Assembly (NCBI GenBank): GCA_963826115.1
Contig: CAWGVS010000012.1
Coordinates: 768,001-832,000, forward strand
Source: an uncultured Candidatus Rokubacteria bacterium
GTDB lineage: Bacteria; Methylomirabilota; Methylomirabilia; Rokubacteriales; DASRDR01
Direction: 5' to 3'
Length of the DNA: 64,000 bases
Shown here: positions 1 to 11,188 of the stretch, piece by piece
Numbering within the stretch: the stretch's first letter is position 1
Layout: each line of letters starts with the position of its first letter
Notes under the pieces: generated by a model
What the model was told of the DNA's origin: nothing
Databases searched by the model: none
What the model saw: only the letters and a program-made list of their open reading frames with translations
Position numbers and translations under genes: made by a program

Positions 1-30
1 GGCCCGGATCCGGAGCGGTGCCCCCGGGGC

Positions 31-3000
31 TCATGCCTGCCGCCGGCCGTCCAGCCCGGCCTCGAGCCCGGGCTCGAGCGCGGGGCGCCGCCGCGAGGCC
101 GGCCGCCACGCGAGGAGGCGCCCGGGCGAGCCGCGGAGGTCGTCGAAGAAGGAGTAAACGACGGGCGTGATCACGAGCGTCACGATGAGGCAGAGCGCCT
201 GCCCGCCGACGACGGCGATGGCGAGCGCCGCCCGCGACGCCGACCCGTCGCCGCGCCCGAGGGCCACCGGCAGCATGCCGAACACGATCGCGAGCGTCGT
301 CATGAGGATCGGGCGGAGGCGGGCGCGGTCGGCCTCGAGCTGGGCCTCGAAGCGCGCGAGCCCGCGGCTCCGGAGGACGTTCGTGTAGTCCACCTGGAGG
401 ATCGCGTTCTTCTTCACGACCCCGATCAGCAGGAACATCCCCATGATCGCGTAGATGTTGAGCGTCATCCCGGCGAGGACCAGCGCCAGGAGCCCGAACG
501 GGATCGCGAGGAACATCGAGACCATGATCGTGATCGGGTGGACGAAGCTCTCGAACTGCGCGGCCAGCGCCATGTAGATGAAGGCGAGCGCGAGCAGGAA
601 GGCCATGAGGAAGTTCCGGAACGCCTCCGCCATGAGCTTGGCCTGGCCGAGCTGGACGGCCTGGTAGCCGGGCGGCATGCCGAGCTCGCCCACGATCCGG
701 AGCGCCTGCGACATCGCTTCGCCGAGCGGCTTCTCGTAGAGGTTCGACACCACCGTGATCTGGCGCTCCTGGGCGTAGCGGTCGATCTGGGCCGGGCTCA
801 TCCCGGGTTGAAGGCGCGCGAGGTTGCCGAGCCGGACGAGCTGCCCGGACGCCGTGGGCACGGTGACGTCGGCGAGCGCGCTCGCGTCCCGGCGGAAGGA
901 CTCGGCCAGCCGGAGCCGGACGTCGTACTGCTCGCCCTCCTCCCGGTAGAAGCCCACCTTCTCGCCCCCGACCAGGACGCGGAGCGTGGACGCCACGTCC
1001 GCCATCCGGACGCCGAGGTCCGCGGCCCGCTGGCGGTCCACGATCGCCTGGAGCTCCGGGCTCCGCTGGGCCTGCGCGGTGTCCACGTCGACGAAGCCCG
1101 GGATCGCGGCCAGGCGCTGGACGAGCGTCCCGGCGTAGCCCGTCAGCCGCTCGAGATCGGGGCCGCGGAGGATCAGGTTGAACGGCGTCTGGCGGAAGCC
1201 GCCGCCCGAGACCAGGCTCACCTGCTGGACGCTGGCGCGTAGCGCCGGGTAGGCGCGGAGGCGCTGCCGGACCTCCTGCATGATGTCGAACTGGCTGCGT
1301 CGCCGCACCGACAGGTGCTGGAGCCCGATGTAGATCGACACGTCGGTGACGTTGGACTGGACGCCGCTGCGGACCCCGATGTTCGTGAAGACGTGCTCGA
1401 CCTCGGGGATCGCCCGGAGCCCGGCCTCGATCCGCCCCGCGATGGCGCTGGACTGGGCGAGGGCCGACCCCGGGGGCATCTCGACCACCACCTCGAACTC
1501 CGACATGTCGTCGGCCACGATGAAGTCCGGCTTGAGCCCGCGCGCCAGGAAGAGCGTGACGCCGATCAGGAGCGCCGTGGCGGCGACGGTGGCGAGCCGG
1601 TGCCGGAGGGTCACGCGGAGGAGGGCCTCGTAGGCCGCCTCGATCCGCGCGTACACCCCCCGGCGGGCGGGATGGGCCCCGGGCGCTCCGGCGCGGTGAG
1701 GCCGGAGCACGCGGGCGGCGAGGGTCGGGACCAGCGTGAAGGCGACGAGGAGCGAGACCACGATCGCGAAGCTGACCGTGAGCCCGAAGCTCCGCCAGAA
1801 GCGGCCGACCAGGCCGCCCATGAACGCCACCGGGAAGAAGATCGCGATCAGGGAGATCGTGGTGGCGACGACCGCGAGCACGATCTCCTTCGCGCCGGTG
1901 ACCGCCGCCTCCCAGGGCGACTTCTTCTCCTCGTCCATGTGCCGGAAGATGTTCTCCAGCACGATGATCGCGTCGTCGATCACGATGCCGGTCGACACCG
2001 AGAGCCCGAGCATCGTGACGTTGTTCAGCGTGAAGCCGGCCCAGCGCATGACGAAGAAGGTGGCGATGATCGACGTCGGGATCGAGAGGGCGGCGATCAT
2101 CGCGGGCCGCCAGTTCCGCCAGCCGAGGAAGACCCACACGATCAGGCTCGCCAGGAGGGCCCCGAGGACGAGGTGGTGCTGCACCTCGCCGAGGGCGCGC
2201 TTGATGAAGCGCGACTGGTCCCGCACGACGTCGATGGTCACGTCGGCGGGGAGCGTCCGCTGGATCTCGGCCAGGCGTGCCTTGACCCGGTCCACGACCG
2301 CCACGGTATTGGTGCCCGACTGCTTCCGGACGAGCAGGGAGACGGCGGTGTTGCCGTCGAGGCGCGACAGGGTCCGCGGCTCCTCCTCGGCGTCCAGCAC
2401 CCGCGCGACGTCCCGGATCCGGACCGGCCCCCGCGGGCTCTCGGCGACGACGATCGTCTCGAAGTCGGCGACGTCGGTGACGCGGCCGAGCGTGCGCAGG
2501 CCCTCCTCGCGGCCCTCGCCGGTGAGCCGGCCGCCGGGGACCTCGACGTTCTGCCGGAGGAGGGCGGTCTGGACCTGCTGGATCGAGAGCCCGTAGGCGG
2601 CGAGCCGGTTGGGGTCCACCGCGATCTGGATCTCGCGCTTCCGCTGGCCCACCAGCGTGACGGCGCCGATGTCCTTTACGCCCTCGAGCGCCCGCTTGAT
2701 CCGCTTGTCGGCCAGCTCCGTGATCTCGCGCGGCGACCGGCGGCCGGAGACGACGAGGGCCAGGACCGGCGCCGCGTCGAAGTCGAACTTCTCCACGACC
2801 GGCGTCTCGGTGCCCTGCGGGAGCTGGGACAGGATCGTGGCGACCTTCTCCCGCACGTCCTGGGCGGCCGACTCGATGTCGCGGTCGAGGATGAAGGAGA
2901 CGAAGACCTGGCTCTGCCCCTCGATGGTGGTCGAGCGCAGCTCGTCGATCCCGCTGATCGTGTTGACGACCTCCTCGATCCGCTTGGTCACCTGGCTCTC

Positions 3001-3177
3001 CACCTCCTCGGGGCTGGCCCCGGGGAGGCGGGTGGTGACGGTGACCGTCGGGATGTCGACCTTCGGGAAGATGTCGAGGCCGAGATCCCGGTAGGAGGCG
3101 AGCCCCAGCACCACGAGGGCGACCACCAGCATCGTCGCGAAGACGGGCCGCCGGACGCAGAGATCGACGAGCGCCAC
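31..3177 (-). CDS. RND efflux transporter permease (AcrB/AcrD/AcrF family)
   Basis: 1048 aa ORF; N-terminal [22 protein letters not shown] (TM4), KNAILQVD and RLRPILMTT motifs. Confidence 0.95.
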   Translation of the reverse strand: MALVDLCVRRPVFATMLVVALVVLGLASYRDLGLDIFPKVDIPTVTVTTRLPGASPEEVESQVTKRIEEVVNTISGIDELRSTTIEGQSQVFVSFILDRDIESAAQDVREKVATILSQLPQGTETPVVEKFDFDAAPVLALVVSGRRSPREITELADKRIKRALEGVKDIGAVTLVGQRKREIQIAVDPNRLAAYGLSIQQVQTALLRQNVEVPGGRLTGEGREEGLRTLGRVTDVADFETIVVAESPRGPVRIRDVARVLDAEEEPRTLSRLDGNTAVSLLVRKQSGTNTVAVVDRVKARLAEIQRTLPADVTIDVVRDQSRFIKRALGEVQHHLVLGALLASLIVWVFLGWRNWRPAMIAALSIPTSIIATFFVMRWAGFTLNNVTMLGLSVSTGIVIDDAIIVLENIFRHMDEEKKSPWEAAVTGAKEIVLAVVATTISLIAIFFPVAFMGGLVGRFWRSFGLTVSFAIVVSLLVAFTLVPTLAARVLRPHRAGAPGAHPARRGVYARIEAAYEALLRVTLRHRLATVAATALLIGVTLFLARGLKPDFIVADDMSEFEVVVEMPPGSALAQSSAIAGRIEAGLRAIPEVEHVFTNIGVRSGVQSNVTDVSIYIGLQHLSVRRRSQFDIMQEVRQRLRAYPALRASVQQVSLVSGGGFRQTPFNLILRGPDLERLTGYAGTLVQRLAAIPGFVDVDTAQAQRSPELQAIVDRQRAADLGVRMADVASTLRVLVGGEKVGFYREEGEQYDVRLRLAESFRRDASALADVTVPTASGQLVRLGNLARLQPGMSPAQIDRYAQERQITVVSNLYEKPLGEAMSQALRIVGELGMPPGYQAVQLGQAKLMAEAFRNFLMAFLLALAFIYMALAAQFESFVHPITIMVSMFLAIPFGLLALVLAGMTLNIYAIMGMFLLIGVVKKNAILQVDYTNVLRSRGLARFEAQLEADRARLRPILMTTLAIVFGMLPVALGRGDGSASRAALAIAVVGGQALCLIVTLVITPVVYSFFDDLRGSPGRLLAWRPASRRRPALEPGLEAGLDGRRQA

Positions 3178-3181
3178 GGGC

Positions 3182-4558
3182 CTACGGCTTGGGCGCGGCG
3201 CCCGGGGCCGCCCCCGTCGGGGGCGCGGCCGTCACCGGCGCGCCGTCGTAGAGCTGCGCGAGCCCGGAGGTCGCGACCGTCTCGCCGGGCTTCACGCCTT
3301 CCAGGATCTCGACCCAGCCGGTCTCGCGGAGCCCGGCCTTCACGAGGCGCTCCTGAGCCCGGCCCTCGGCGACGACGAAGACCTTGCTGATCCCGACGAC
3401 GTAGAGGAGCGCCTCCGCGGGGACGAACGGCACTCGCGCGTCGCGGCGGATCAGGACGGTGCCGCGCGCGAAGAACCCGGGCCGGAGGAGCCCCTGACCG
3501 TTCGGCACGCGCGCCTCGAGGGCGAGGGTCCGCGTCGGCACGTCCACCACCGGCGCGACGCGGGTGACCTGCCCCGCGAACGTGCGGGCGCCGAAGGCCT
3601 CGACCGCGAGGCGCACCTCCTGTCCGGCCCGGATCTCGGGGGCGGCGCGCTCGGCCACGGTGCCGGCGTACTTCAGCGGATCGGTCGCGACCACCGTGAA
3701 GAGCGGGGTGTTGTCCTTCACGAACTCCCCGACCCCGACGTGGCGCTTGGCCACGACCCCGGTGAGGGGCGCCGCCACCACGGTGTCGGTCAGGCGCTTC
3801 CGCCCGAGCTCGATGGCGGCCTCCCGCTGGCGGACGAGCGCCTCCGCGGCCTTGACGGCGCCCAGATCCGCGGCGAGCTGGGCGTCGGCGCCCCGGAGCT
3901 GGTCGCCGTGCTGGGCGAGCGCGGTCTCGGCCATCTGGACGAGGGCGTCCGCCGCCTGGGAGAGGGCGCGCGCCTGGTCGACGTCGCGCGTCGCGATGAG
4001 GTCCTTGGCGCGGAGCTCCTGGGTCCGCTCGAGCTCGCGCCGCTTCCACTCCGCGTCGGCGCGGGTGCGCTCGAGGTCGGCCGCCAGCGCGCGGCGGTTC
4101 TCGCGGGTGCGCTCGAGGTTGGCGCGGCTCGCGTCCGCAGTGGCGTGCGCCCGCGCGAGGCTCTCGCGCGCGCCGGCGAGGTCCGCGGCGAGCTGGTCGA
4201 TCGTCAGATCCGCCTCGCGGCGGTCCAGGTCCGCGAGCGGCTGCCCCTCGCGCACCGCATCGCCGAGGTCGACGTGCAGCCGCACGATCGTGGCCGAGAC
4301 CTGCGAGCGGGCGACGGCCTCCTCCCAGGCGAGGAGACTCCCGACGGTGTCGACGGTGCGCTGGACGGTCCGGCCCTCGACGGCCGCGGTCGTGACGCGG
4401 AGGGGCGCGGGCTCGGGGGCCGCGCCGCCCTTCGCCGGGCCGGGCGCGCGCGGCTGTGCGCCGGCGATGCCGCCGAGCGCGCCGACGCCGAGCAACAGCA
4501 CGGCGGCCAGGCGCACGCAGGGGGCGGAGGCGCGGGCGAGCGGGGGTTTGGGCGCCAC
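3182..4558 (-). CDS. RND periplasmic adaptor (membrane fusion protein)
   Basis: Hydrophobic N-terminus, lipoyl-like halves ([14 protein letters not shown]; [18 protein letters not shown]), long coiled coil, [10 protein letters not shown]; directly upstream of the RND permease. Confidence 0.92.
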   Translation of the reverse strand: MAPKPPLARASAPCVRLAAVLLLGVGALGGIAGAQPRAPGPAKGGAAPEPAPLRVTTAAVEGRTVQRTVDTVGSLLAWEEAVARSQVSATIVRLHVDLGDAVREGQPLADLDRREADLTIDQLAADLAGARESLARAHATADASRANLERTRENRRALAADLERTRADAEWKRRELERTQELRAKDLIATRDVDQARALSQAADALVQMAETALAQHGDQLRGADAQLAADLGAVKAAEALVRQREAAIELGRKRLTDTVVAAPLTGVVAKRHVGVGEFVKDNTPLFTVVATDPLKYAGTVAERAAPEIRAGQEVRLAVEAFGARTFAGQVTRVAPVVDVPTRTLALEARVPNGQGLLRPGFFARGTVLIRRDARVPFVPAEALLYVVGISKVFVVAEGRAQERLVKAGLRETGWVEILEGVKPGETVATSGLAQLYDGAPVTAAPPTGAAPGAAPKP

Positions 4559-4571
4559 GGAGCGTGGCGCT

Positions 4572-4597
4572 CATTGTACCAGGGGGGTAGTACAATG
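4572..4597. promoter_or_regulatory. Symmetric divergent promoter/operator between the adaptor gene and greA
   Basis: Perfect inverted repeat CATTGTAC-N10-GTACAATG, which places a TACAAT -10 hexamer on each strand. Confidence 0.55.
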
Positions 4598-4654
4598 GCC
4601 GCTCGGACGGCGCTTCGGGCGCCGTCGACCACCAAGGCGCGAGGGCACCCACCC

Positions 4655-5143
4655 ATGATCCAGCGCACGCCGATGACCCGCGAAGGGCACGCCCGTCTCC
4701 AGCAGGAGCTCGACCAGCTGAAGCGCGTCGAGCGGCCGGGCATCATCAAGGCCATCGCCGAGGCGCGCGCGCACGGGGACCTCTCGGAGAACGCCGAGTA
4801 CCACGCGGCCAAGGAGCGGCAGGGCTTCATCGAGGGCCGGATCCGCGAGCTCGAGTCCAAGCTCGGAGCCGCCGAGGTGATCGAGCCGCCGAAGGACGGC
4901 ACGCGGATCACCTTCGGGTCCACGGTCCGGCTCCGCGCGCCCGACGGCAAGGAGGTCCGCTACCAGATCGTCGGCTCCGACGAGACCGATCCCGCCATCG
5001 GGCGGATCTCGATCCTGTCCCCCATCGCGCGGACCTTGATCGGGAAGGAAGTCGGCGACGAGGTCAAGGTCCAGGCGCCCGGTGGGGCCCGCGAGCTCGA
5101 GATCGTGGCGGCGAACTTCCCCTGGGCGGGGCCGGCGGGCTAG
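4655..5143 (+). CDS. greA: Transcription elongation factor GreA
   Basis: [12 protein letters not shown]...[18 protein letters not shown]...[14 protein letters not shown]; start taken at ATG 4655 inside the long ORF. Confidence 0.97.
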   Translation: MIQRTPMTREGHARLQQELDQLKRVERPGIIKAIAEARAHGDLSENAEYHAAKERQGFIEGRIRELESKLGAAEVIEPPKDGTRITFGSTVRLRAPDGKEVRYQIVGSDETDPAIGRISILSPIARTLIGKEVGDEVKVQAPGGARELEIVAANFPWAGPAG

Positions 5144-5185
5144 CTCGCGCGCGATCCGGGCCGCGCGCGCCGCGGCCGCGGGCCG

Positions 5186-6313
5186 TCAGGCCCGGAGGGC
5201 GTCGCGGAGCTCGCGGGCGAGGGTCTCGACGGTCCCCCGCGTGCCGCCCGCCAGCTTCTGCCGCCACTCCCCCTCGGTCAGGAAGCGGCGGTCGCCGAGC
5301 CGCTCGGCCCAGGGCCGGAGCGCCTCCCGGATGGCGCGGAGCTCGTACGCGTCACCCCGGACCTCGCGGGCCTTCGCCATCACGTCCGGCACGACCCGGA
5401 TGAACGCACGGAGCGCGGTGCCGGTCTTGATGGAGTACTTCCGGCCGGCCCACGCGTGCGGGAAGGTCTGGGAGAGCGCCTTCACGTAGTTCAGGAAGAA
5501 CCGCCGGCCCGCGTCGCGCAGCTCCTTCGCCCGGCCGCGGCCGCCCATCTTCTCGACGCTCTCGACGAGGTCGACGATCTCCTCGGCGAGCGGCGCCTGG
5601 GCGACCCGCCCGCGCCCGATCCCGAGCATCTTGATCTCGCCCTGGAGGGGCGAGGTCTCGTCCTCGTTGAGCGCGCGGATGATGTCGTGGGCGAGCGCCT
5701 GGGTCTCGTCGGGGTAGAGCTTCCGCCCGGCCAGGCTCACGAGGTGCGACGGGTTCAACCGCGTGTGCTTGGCGTTGATCGTGACGAACAGCTCCACGAT
5801 CTGCTGGGCATCGAGGGTGTCGAACAGGACCGCGGGCACGTCGAGGCCCCGGAGGTCCCCCTCGGCCGCGAGTGCGTGGAGGGCGAGCAGCCGGTGCTGG
5901 CCGTCCAGCACCCGGAGGACGCCCGCCTCCTCCGGGATCTCGAGGAACCCGAGGTCGGGGTGGTGGGGCACGGCCCGGAACCCGAGCCGCTTGTCGGAGG
6001 TGATGATCACGGCCCCGGGGATGGCGGGGAGCTTGCCGGCCTCCCGGCAGTCGCGGAAGTACGCGACCAGCTCCTCGATCTTGCGGCGGATGACCGGGCG
6101 CTGGTAGGCGTCCGAGGTCTCGCCGATCCGGCTCTCGAGGATCTCCCAGTTCACCCGCGTCCGGGCGACGCGCTTCTTGGACTTGTCGGCGGGGAGGCCC
6201 CCGTAGCCGAGGACCTCGAACTTGACGAGCTGGTCGATCTCGCGGGCCGAGAACGAGGCCTGGTAGAATTCGACGCCGTACTGCTTGATGCGGTGCGCGG
6301 CGACGCTGATCAT
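5186..6313 (-). CDS. DGQHR-domain protein (DndB/ParB-like superfamily)
   Basis: YQRP motif, VLDGQHRLLAL, LFVTINAK; 375 aa. Confidence 0.88.
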   Translation of the reverse strand: MISVAAHRIKQYGVEFYQASFSAREIDQLVKFEVLGYGGLPADKSKKRVARTRVNWEILESRIGETSDAYQRPVIRRKIEELVAYFRDCREAGKLPAIPGAVIITSDKRLGFRAVPHHPDLGFLEIPEEAGVLRVLDGQHRLLALHALAAEGDLRGLDVPAVLFDTLDAQQIVELFVTINAKHTRLNPSHLVSLAGRKLYPDETQALAHDIIRALNEDETSPLQGEIKMLGIGRGRVAQAPLAEEIVDLVESVEKMGGRGRAKELRDAGRRFFLNYVKALSQTFPHAWAGRKYSIKTGTALRAFIRVVPDVMAKAREVRGDAYELRAIREALRPWAERLGDRRFLTEGEWRQKLAGGTRGTVETLARELRDALRA

Positions 6314-6324
6314 CGACGAGCCCG

Positions 6325-6353
6325 ACTCTAGCTGGCCGGTCCCCGGGTGTCAA
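6325..6353 (-). promoter_or_regulatory. sigma70-type promoter of the DGQHR gene
   Basis: Minus strand TTGACA-17 bp-TAGAGT, ending 11 nt before the ATG. Confidence 0.6.
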
Positions 6354-6400
6354 CGCCGGGCCGCCCCGCGGGTCCCGAGCGCGCGAGCGAATGAGGAGCC

Positions 6401-6694
6401 ATGGCAACGGTCCGGATCACGTACTGGCGCGACATCCCGATGCTGGTGACCGCGCGGGACGACGGCGGCGAGGTGAGCGTGCCGCTCAGCCCCGGGTTCC
6501 AGGACCTCGTGGACCGGGTGGCGATGCAGGAAGGCCTCGCGGGCGAGGACCAGTACCTCGCGGAGTGGCACGTGGGACCCCCCGAGGAGGCCCCCGGCGC
6601 GGCGGGCCCGGTCGCCCGGGCCCGGGCCGGCGAGCTCGAGGCCGGCTTCGACGCGCTGCGGGACCGCTATCTCCGGGCCCCGCGACGGGAGTGA
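6401..6694 (+). CDS. Small 'virulence factor'-family protein (YWRDIP motif)
   Basis: MATVRITYWRDIPMLV...FQDLVDRVAM...YLAEW; GAGGAG RBS upstream. Confidence 0.75.
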   Translation: MATVRITYWRDIPMLVTARDDGGEVSVPLSPGFQDLVDRVAMQEGLAGEDQYLAEWHVGPPEEAPGAAGPVARARAGELEAGFDALRDRYLRAPRRE

Positions 6695-6811
6695 CGCGGG
6701 CCCGACCAAGGCCGCCGGGAGTGATAGGATGACACGCGGCTCCGGGACCGGGCGCCCAGGGCGTCCCCCGCGAGCGCTATCCGCCAGGATCCCCTCAGGA
6801 AGGAGACACTC

Positions 6812-7327
6812 ATGTCCGGACGGACGGTGAAGATGCGCGGCAACCCCTTGCCCGTGGCGGGCCCGGAGCTCCACGCCGGCGACCGCGCCCCCGATTTCAA
6901 GCTCCACCAGCGAGGCCCCGACGGCCTGCGGGACGTCACGCTCCACGACTTCTCCGGCAAGACGCTGATCCTGAGCGTGGTGCCCTCGCTCGACACGCCG
7001 GTGTGCGAGGCGCAGACCAAGCGCTTCAACGACGAGGCCGCGAAGCTCCCGGCGACCGTGGCGGTCCTCACGGTCAGCATGGACTTACCCTTCGCCCAGG
7101 CGCGCTTCTGCGGCGCCAACGGCGTGAACCTCGTCCAGACCGCCTCCGACCACCGCGACGCCGGATTCGGCCGCGCCTACGGCACCCTGATCGAGCCGCT
7201 GCGGCTCGAGGCGCGGGCGCTCTTCGTGGTCGGGAAGGACGGGCATCTCAAGCACGTCCAGTACGTGCCCGAGGTGACCGAGCACCCGAACTACGACGCC
7301 GCCCTCACCGCCGCGCGGCACGGCTAG
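6812..7327 (+). CDS. tpx: Thiol peroxidase (atypical 2-Cys peroxiredoxin)
   Basis: SVVPSLDTPVC, SMDLPFAQARFCG, EHPNYDAAL; AGGAG RBS. Confidence 0.95.
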   Translation: MSGRTVKMRGNPLPVAGPELHAGDRAPDFKLHQRGPDGLRDVTLHDFSGKTLILSVVPSLDTPVCEAQTKRFNDEAAKLPATVAVLTVSMDLPFAQARFCGANGVNLVQTASDHRDAGFGRAYGTLIEPLRLEARALFVVGKDGHLKHVQYVPEVTEHPNYDAALTAARHG

Positions 7328-7430
7328 CCGCCCGCCCTCCGGGCCGCGCCCGCGACCCGCGCGGGGGCGCGGCCCGGAGGCCGTTCCCCGTCCCCGGGCC
7401 TCGCCCGGGGCCACGGCCCGACCACCCCGC

Positions 7431-7904
7431 GTGCCGCCCGCGTCGACGTTGATCGGCGTGGTGTCGGATACCCACGGGCTCCTCCGGCTCGAGGCCGTCC
7501 GGCGCCTCCGCGGCGTCGACCGGATCGTCCACGCGGGCGACGTCGGGACGCCCGCCGTGCTGAGGGCGCTCCGCGCCCTGGCCCCGGTCACCGCCGTGCG
7601 CGGGAACAACGATCATGGCGCCTGGGCCCGCCGGCTTCCCGAGACGGTGACCCTGGCGGTCGGCCGCGTCCGCCTCCACGTCCTCCACGACGCGACGGCG
7701 CTCGGCCTCGACCCGGGGGCGGCGGCGATCCGGGTCGTCATCGCCGGCCACTCCCACCGCCCCTCGCTGGTCGAGCGGGGCGGCGTGCTGTTCCTCAACC
7801 CCGGCAGCATCGGCCCGCGCCGGTTCACGCTCCCCGTGACCCTGGCGCTCCTCCGGGTCCGCGGCGCCGGCGTCCGCGCCCGGATCGTCCACCTCGCGGT
7901 CTGA
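7431..7904 (+). CDS. Metallophosphoesterase (YfcE/MJ0936 family)
   Basis: SDTHG, HAGD, VRGNND, GHSH and NPGS motifs. Confidence 0.9.
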   Translation: MPPASTLIGVVSDTHGLLRLEAVRRLRGVDRIVHAGDVGTPAVLRALRALAPVTAVRGNNDHGAWARRLPETVTLAVGRVRLHVLHDATALGLDPGAAAIRVVIAGHSHRPSLVERGGVLFLNPGSIGPRRFTLPVTLALLRVRGAGVRARIVHLAV

Positions 7905-7960
7905 GCGGCCGGTCGTGCTACGGTCTCTCGCAGGATGCGGGCCCGGCCGCGGAGGCGCGC

Positions 7961-8404
7961 GTGAGCGAGACGTGGCGACGGTGGGGGCTCTACCTCGCCG
8001 GGGCCTGGAACATCATCGGCGGGGTCACGGCCCTCGCCGATCCGGCCCGCCACTTCGCCCAGCTCTACGGCACCGCCCTGTCCCTCGGCGACCCCCTCCA
8101 GGCGTTCTTCTACCGCGCGACCTGGATCAACGTGATCGCGTGGGGTGTGGGCTACGCGCTCGCCGCGCGCCATCGGGCCGGGCGCGCGCCCGTCCTCATC
8201 GCGGGGGCCGCGGGGAAGGTCGCCTACGCGGCGGCGTGCGTCGGGCTCTACGTCTACGGGATCGGGGGGGCCGCGCTCCTCGTCTCGGGCGCCCTCGACC
8301 TGCTCTTCGCGGCGTTCTTTGCCGCGGTCCTGTGGGGCCCGCGTCCGACGCCACCCGGCGACGGGCCGGGCGCGTTCCTCGAGCTCCGGACCGGAGGCGG
8401 ATGA
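7961..8404 (+). CDS. Small integral membrane protein (about 4 TM)
   Basis: Four hydrophobic segments; GGAGG RBS before the GTG. Confidence 0.7.
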   Translation: MSETWRRWGLYLAGAWNIIGGVTALADPARHFAQLYGTALSLGDPLQAFFYRATWINVIAWGVGYALAARHRAGRAPVLIAGAAGKVAYAAACVGLYVYGIGGAALLVSGALDLLFAAFFAAVLWGPRPTPPGDGPGAFLELRTGGG

Positions 8405-8426
8405 GGCGGGAGGCCGGCGGCCGCTA

Positions 8427-9740
8427 GTGGGCTATCGCGCGGTGCGGGGCGTCATCCGGCTTCTGCTCTGGCTCTTCTACCGCCGGATCGACGTGGTCGG
8501 CGCCGACCGCATCCCCGCCGCGGGCCCGCTCCTCGTCACCGCGAACCACCACAACTCGATCGTGGACGCCATGCTGGTCATCGCCACGATGCCGCGCCCG
8601 GTGACCCCGCTCGCCAAGGCGCCGCTCTTCCGCCACCCCTTCATCGGCCCGTTCCTGTGGCTGGTCGGGGCCGTGCCGGTGCACCGGCGCGCGGAGAGCG
8701 GCGACGATCCTCGGCGGAACGAGGCGATGTTCGCCGCGGTCGTCGCGGCGCTGCGGGGCGGCGCGGCGATCCTCATCTTTCCCGAGGGCGTGTCGCAGCC
8801 GCGCCCGACGCTCCTGCCTCTGAAGACGGGCGCCGCGCGCATCCTCCTTCAGGCGGAGGCGGTCCCGCCGCCGCCCGGGACGGTCCTTCTGCCCGTCGGC
8901 CTCGTCTTCGACCGGCCCGGCACGTTCCGCGAGGCGTCCGCGATCGTCGCGATCGGCCGGTCCGTGCCGACGGACGACTGCGTGGCGGGGTACGCGGCCG
9001 CGCCCGAGGAGGCCGCCCGCCAGCTTACCGCGCGCCTGGCGGACGCCCTCCGCGGGGAGCTGGTCGAGGCGGAAGACCAGCAGACGCTCGAGCTCCTCGG
9101 CGTCCTCGAGGGCGTGGTGCACCGGGCGGCGGGCCTGCCCCCGCCGGCCGAGCCCGCGGCGTCCCTCGCCTGGCGGCGCCGGACGATGGAGGCCGCGCGC
9201 GCGCTGGCGGCGCGCGCGCCCGAGCGGGTCACGGAGCTCCGGGAGCGGCTCGAGCGCTACCGGCGCCGGCTCGAGGAGACCGGGCTCACCGACGCGGAGC
9301 TCGGCAGCCCCTACACGCTGGGTGCGGTCCTCCGCTGGGCGGTCCGGAACGCCGTGCGGCTCGCCGTCAGCCTGCCGCTGGCGCTCCTTGGGATCGCGGC
9401 GCACGCGCTGCCGTACTGGCTCACGGACGTGGCCGCCCGGCGGCTCGGCACCACCGAGGAAGAGGCGGCGACCGACAAGATGGCGGTGGGCCTCGTGCTC
9501 TATCCCGTGTGCTGGGCGGTGGAGGCCTGGATTCCGTGGCGCCTCGCCGGCGGCGTCGGGGTCGTCCTGTGGGTGCTCCTCCTGGTGCCCTCGGGACTGG
9601 TCGCCCTCGCCTGGCGCGATCGGCTCGCCCGGGTCGCGCGACAGATCCGCGCGTTCCTCGGGTGGGCCGCCGACCGGCGGCTCCACCGGGATCTCCTGGC
9701 CGAGCGCGAAGCGCTCGCCCGGGAAGTGGCCGCGCTGTGA
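8427..9740 (+). CDS. Glycerolipid (PlsC-like) acyltransferase with C-terminal TM region
   Basis: NHHNSIVD (HX4D) and FPEG motifs; start at GTG 8427 inferred. Confidence 0.85.
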   Translation: MGYRAVRGVIRLLLWLFYRRIDVVGADRIPAAGPLLVTANHHNSIVDAMLVIATMPRPVTPLAKAPLFRHPFIGPFLWLVGAVPVHRRAESGDDPRRNEAMFAAVVAALRGGAAILIFPEGVSQPRPTLLPLKTGAARILLQAEAVPPPPGTVLLPVGLVFDRPGTFREASAIVAIGRSVPTDDCVAGYAAAPEEAARQLTARLADALRGELVEAEDQQTLELLGVLEGVVHRAAGLPPPAEPAASLAWRRRTMEAARALAARAPERVTELRERLERYRRRLEETGLTDAELGSPYTLGAVLRWAVRNAVRLAVSLPLALLGIAAHALPYWLTDVAARRLGTTEEEAATDKMAVGLVLYPVCWAVEAWIPWRLAGGVGVVLWVLLLVPSGLVALAWRDRLARVARQIRAFLGWAADRRLHRDLLAEREALAREVAAL

Positions 9741-11011
9741 CGACGTCCTGGCGGGAGTCGCCCCGGGTGGTGCTCGGGACCCTCACGGGGCTGAACGGCC
9801 TCAACTACGTGGACCGTTACGTGGGGGCGGCGACGCTCCCGCTCATCCTCGCCGCGTTCTCGCTCTCGGACGCCGCGGGTGGGTTCCTCCAGTCCGTGTT
9901 CATCGTCACGTATGCGCTCGTGTGCCCGATCATCGGGTGGCTCGGCGACCGCGGAAACCGGACGCGGCTCGCGGCCGCGGGGGTCTTCGTGTGGAGCGCC
10001 GCCACCGTCGCCTCGGGCCTCGCCCCCACGTACGCGGCGCTCCTCCTGGCGCGGGCGGTGGTGGGCGTGGGCGAGGCGAGCTACGCCGTGGTCACGCCGT
10101 CCCTCCTGTCGGACTGCTACCCGGCGGACCGGCGCGCGCGCGTCCTCGGGATCTTCTACGCCGCGATCCCCGTCGGCACGGCGCTCGGCTACATCCTCGG
10201 CGGGCTCGTCGGCGAGCGGGCCGGCTGGCGCCACGCCTTCTTCATCGCGGGCGCGCCGGGGCTCCTCCTCGCCTTCGTGCTGCTCGGGCTCCGCGAGCCG
10301 GTCCGCGGCGCCCACGACGCGCCGGGCGCGGCGCCGGCCACCGCGCCCGGCCTCAGGGCGTCGCTCCAGGCGCTCCTCGTGCGGCGGAGCTACGTCTACA
10401 ACACGGCGGCGCAGGTGATCTACACCTTCGCGATGGGCGGGCTCGCGACCTGGATCCCGACGTACTTCGTCCGCGCGCGGGGGATCCCGCTCGCGACGGC
10501 GGCCTCGACCTTCGGGCTCCTCCTGGTGGTCGCGGGCTTCCTCGGGACGCTCCTCGGCGGTCGGCTCGGCGACGCCGTCGCGCGCCGCCGACCCGGCGGT
10601 CACTTCCTCGTCTCCGGCGTGACCCTCGTGGCCTCGATCGCGTTCACGGTGCCCGCGGTCCTGGCGCCGTCGCCTGTCGTGTTCTGGCCGGCGATGTTTC
10701 TCACGCTCCTCATGCTCTTCGTGAACATCGGGCCGCTCAACGCGGCGATGGCGAACGTCCTGCCCGCGGACCTCCGGGCGCGCGGGTTCGCGGCGACCAC
10801 GATGGTGATGCATCTCCTCGGCGACGCCGCGTCCCCGTGGCTCATCGGCGTCGCGTCGGACGCGATCGGGCTCACGCTCCCCGTGCTGGTGACGGGCACG
10901 ATGCTCGCCCTCGCGGGGGTCGTCCTCCTCGCCGGGCGCCGGGCGCTCGAGCAGGACCTGGCGGCGCTGGGCGCGCCGCCCGTGGCGGCGGGGCGGAGCC
11001 CCCTACACTAG
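9737..11011 (+). CDS. MFS transporter (spinster-like)
   Basis: NYVDRY, LLLARAVVGVGEASY, about 12 TM; GTGA overlap with the acyltransferase stop. Confidence 0.9.
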   Translation: MTTSWRESPRVVLGTLTGLNGLNYVDRYVGAATLPLILAAFSLSDAAGGFLQSVFIVTYALVCPIIGWLGDRGNRTRLAAAGVFVWSAATVASGLAPTYAALLLARAVVGVGEASYAVVTPSLLSDCYPADRRARVLGIFYAAIPVGTALGYILGGLVGERAGWRHAFFIAGAPGLLLAFVLLGLREPVRGAHDAPGAAPATAPGLRASLQALLVRRSYVYNTAAQVIYTFAMGGLATWIPTYFVRARGIPLATAASTFGLLLVVAGFLGTLLGGRLGDAVARRRPGGHFLVSGVTLVASIAFTVPAVLAPSPVVFWPAMFLTLLMLFVNIGPLNAAMANVLPADLRARGFAATTMVMHLLGDAASPWLIGVASDAIGLTLPVLVTGTMLALAGVVLLAGRRALEQDLAALGAPPVAAGRSPLH

Positions 11012-11188
11012 CCCGGGCCCGTCGGCGGGGTGGCGGGGACCGCCGGCGCCCCGAAGTACCGCGTCACCGCCGCGTGCACCGGGATCGTGATCCCGCGGAG
11101 GGTGCGTCGCTTCGAGATCTTGGCGCACGGCCCGGACGCGCCCGCACAGGCGCGCCCCGCCGGGGCCTCGCCCGCCGCACGGGCCTCG

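Noticed and set aside
1315-3390. Long antisense and alternate-frame ORFs (also 11030-13348, 13814-15769, 29483-32011, 59261-62128 and others)
   Set aside because: Shadow ORFs expected at this GC content; they overlap well-supported genes and carry no recognisable motifs
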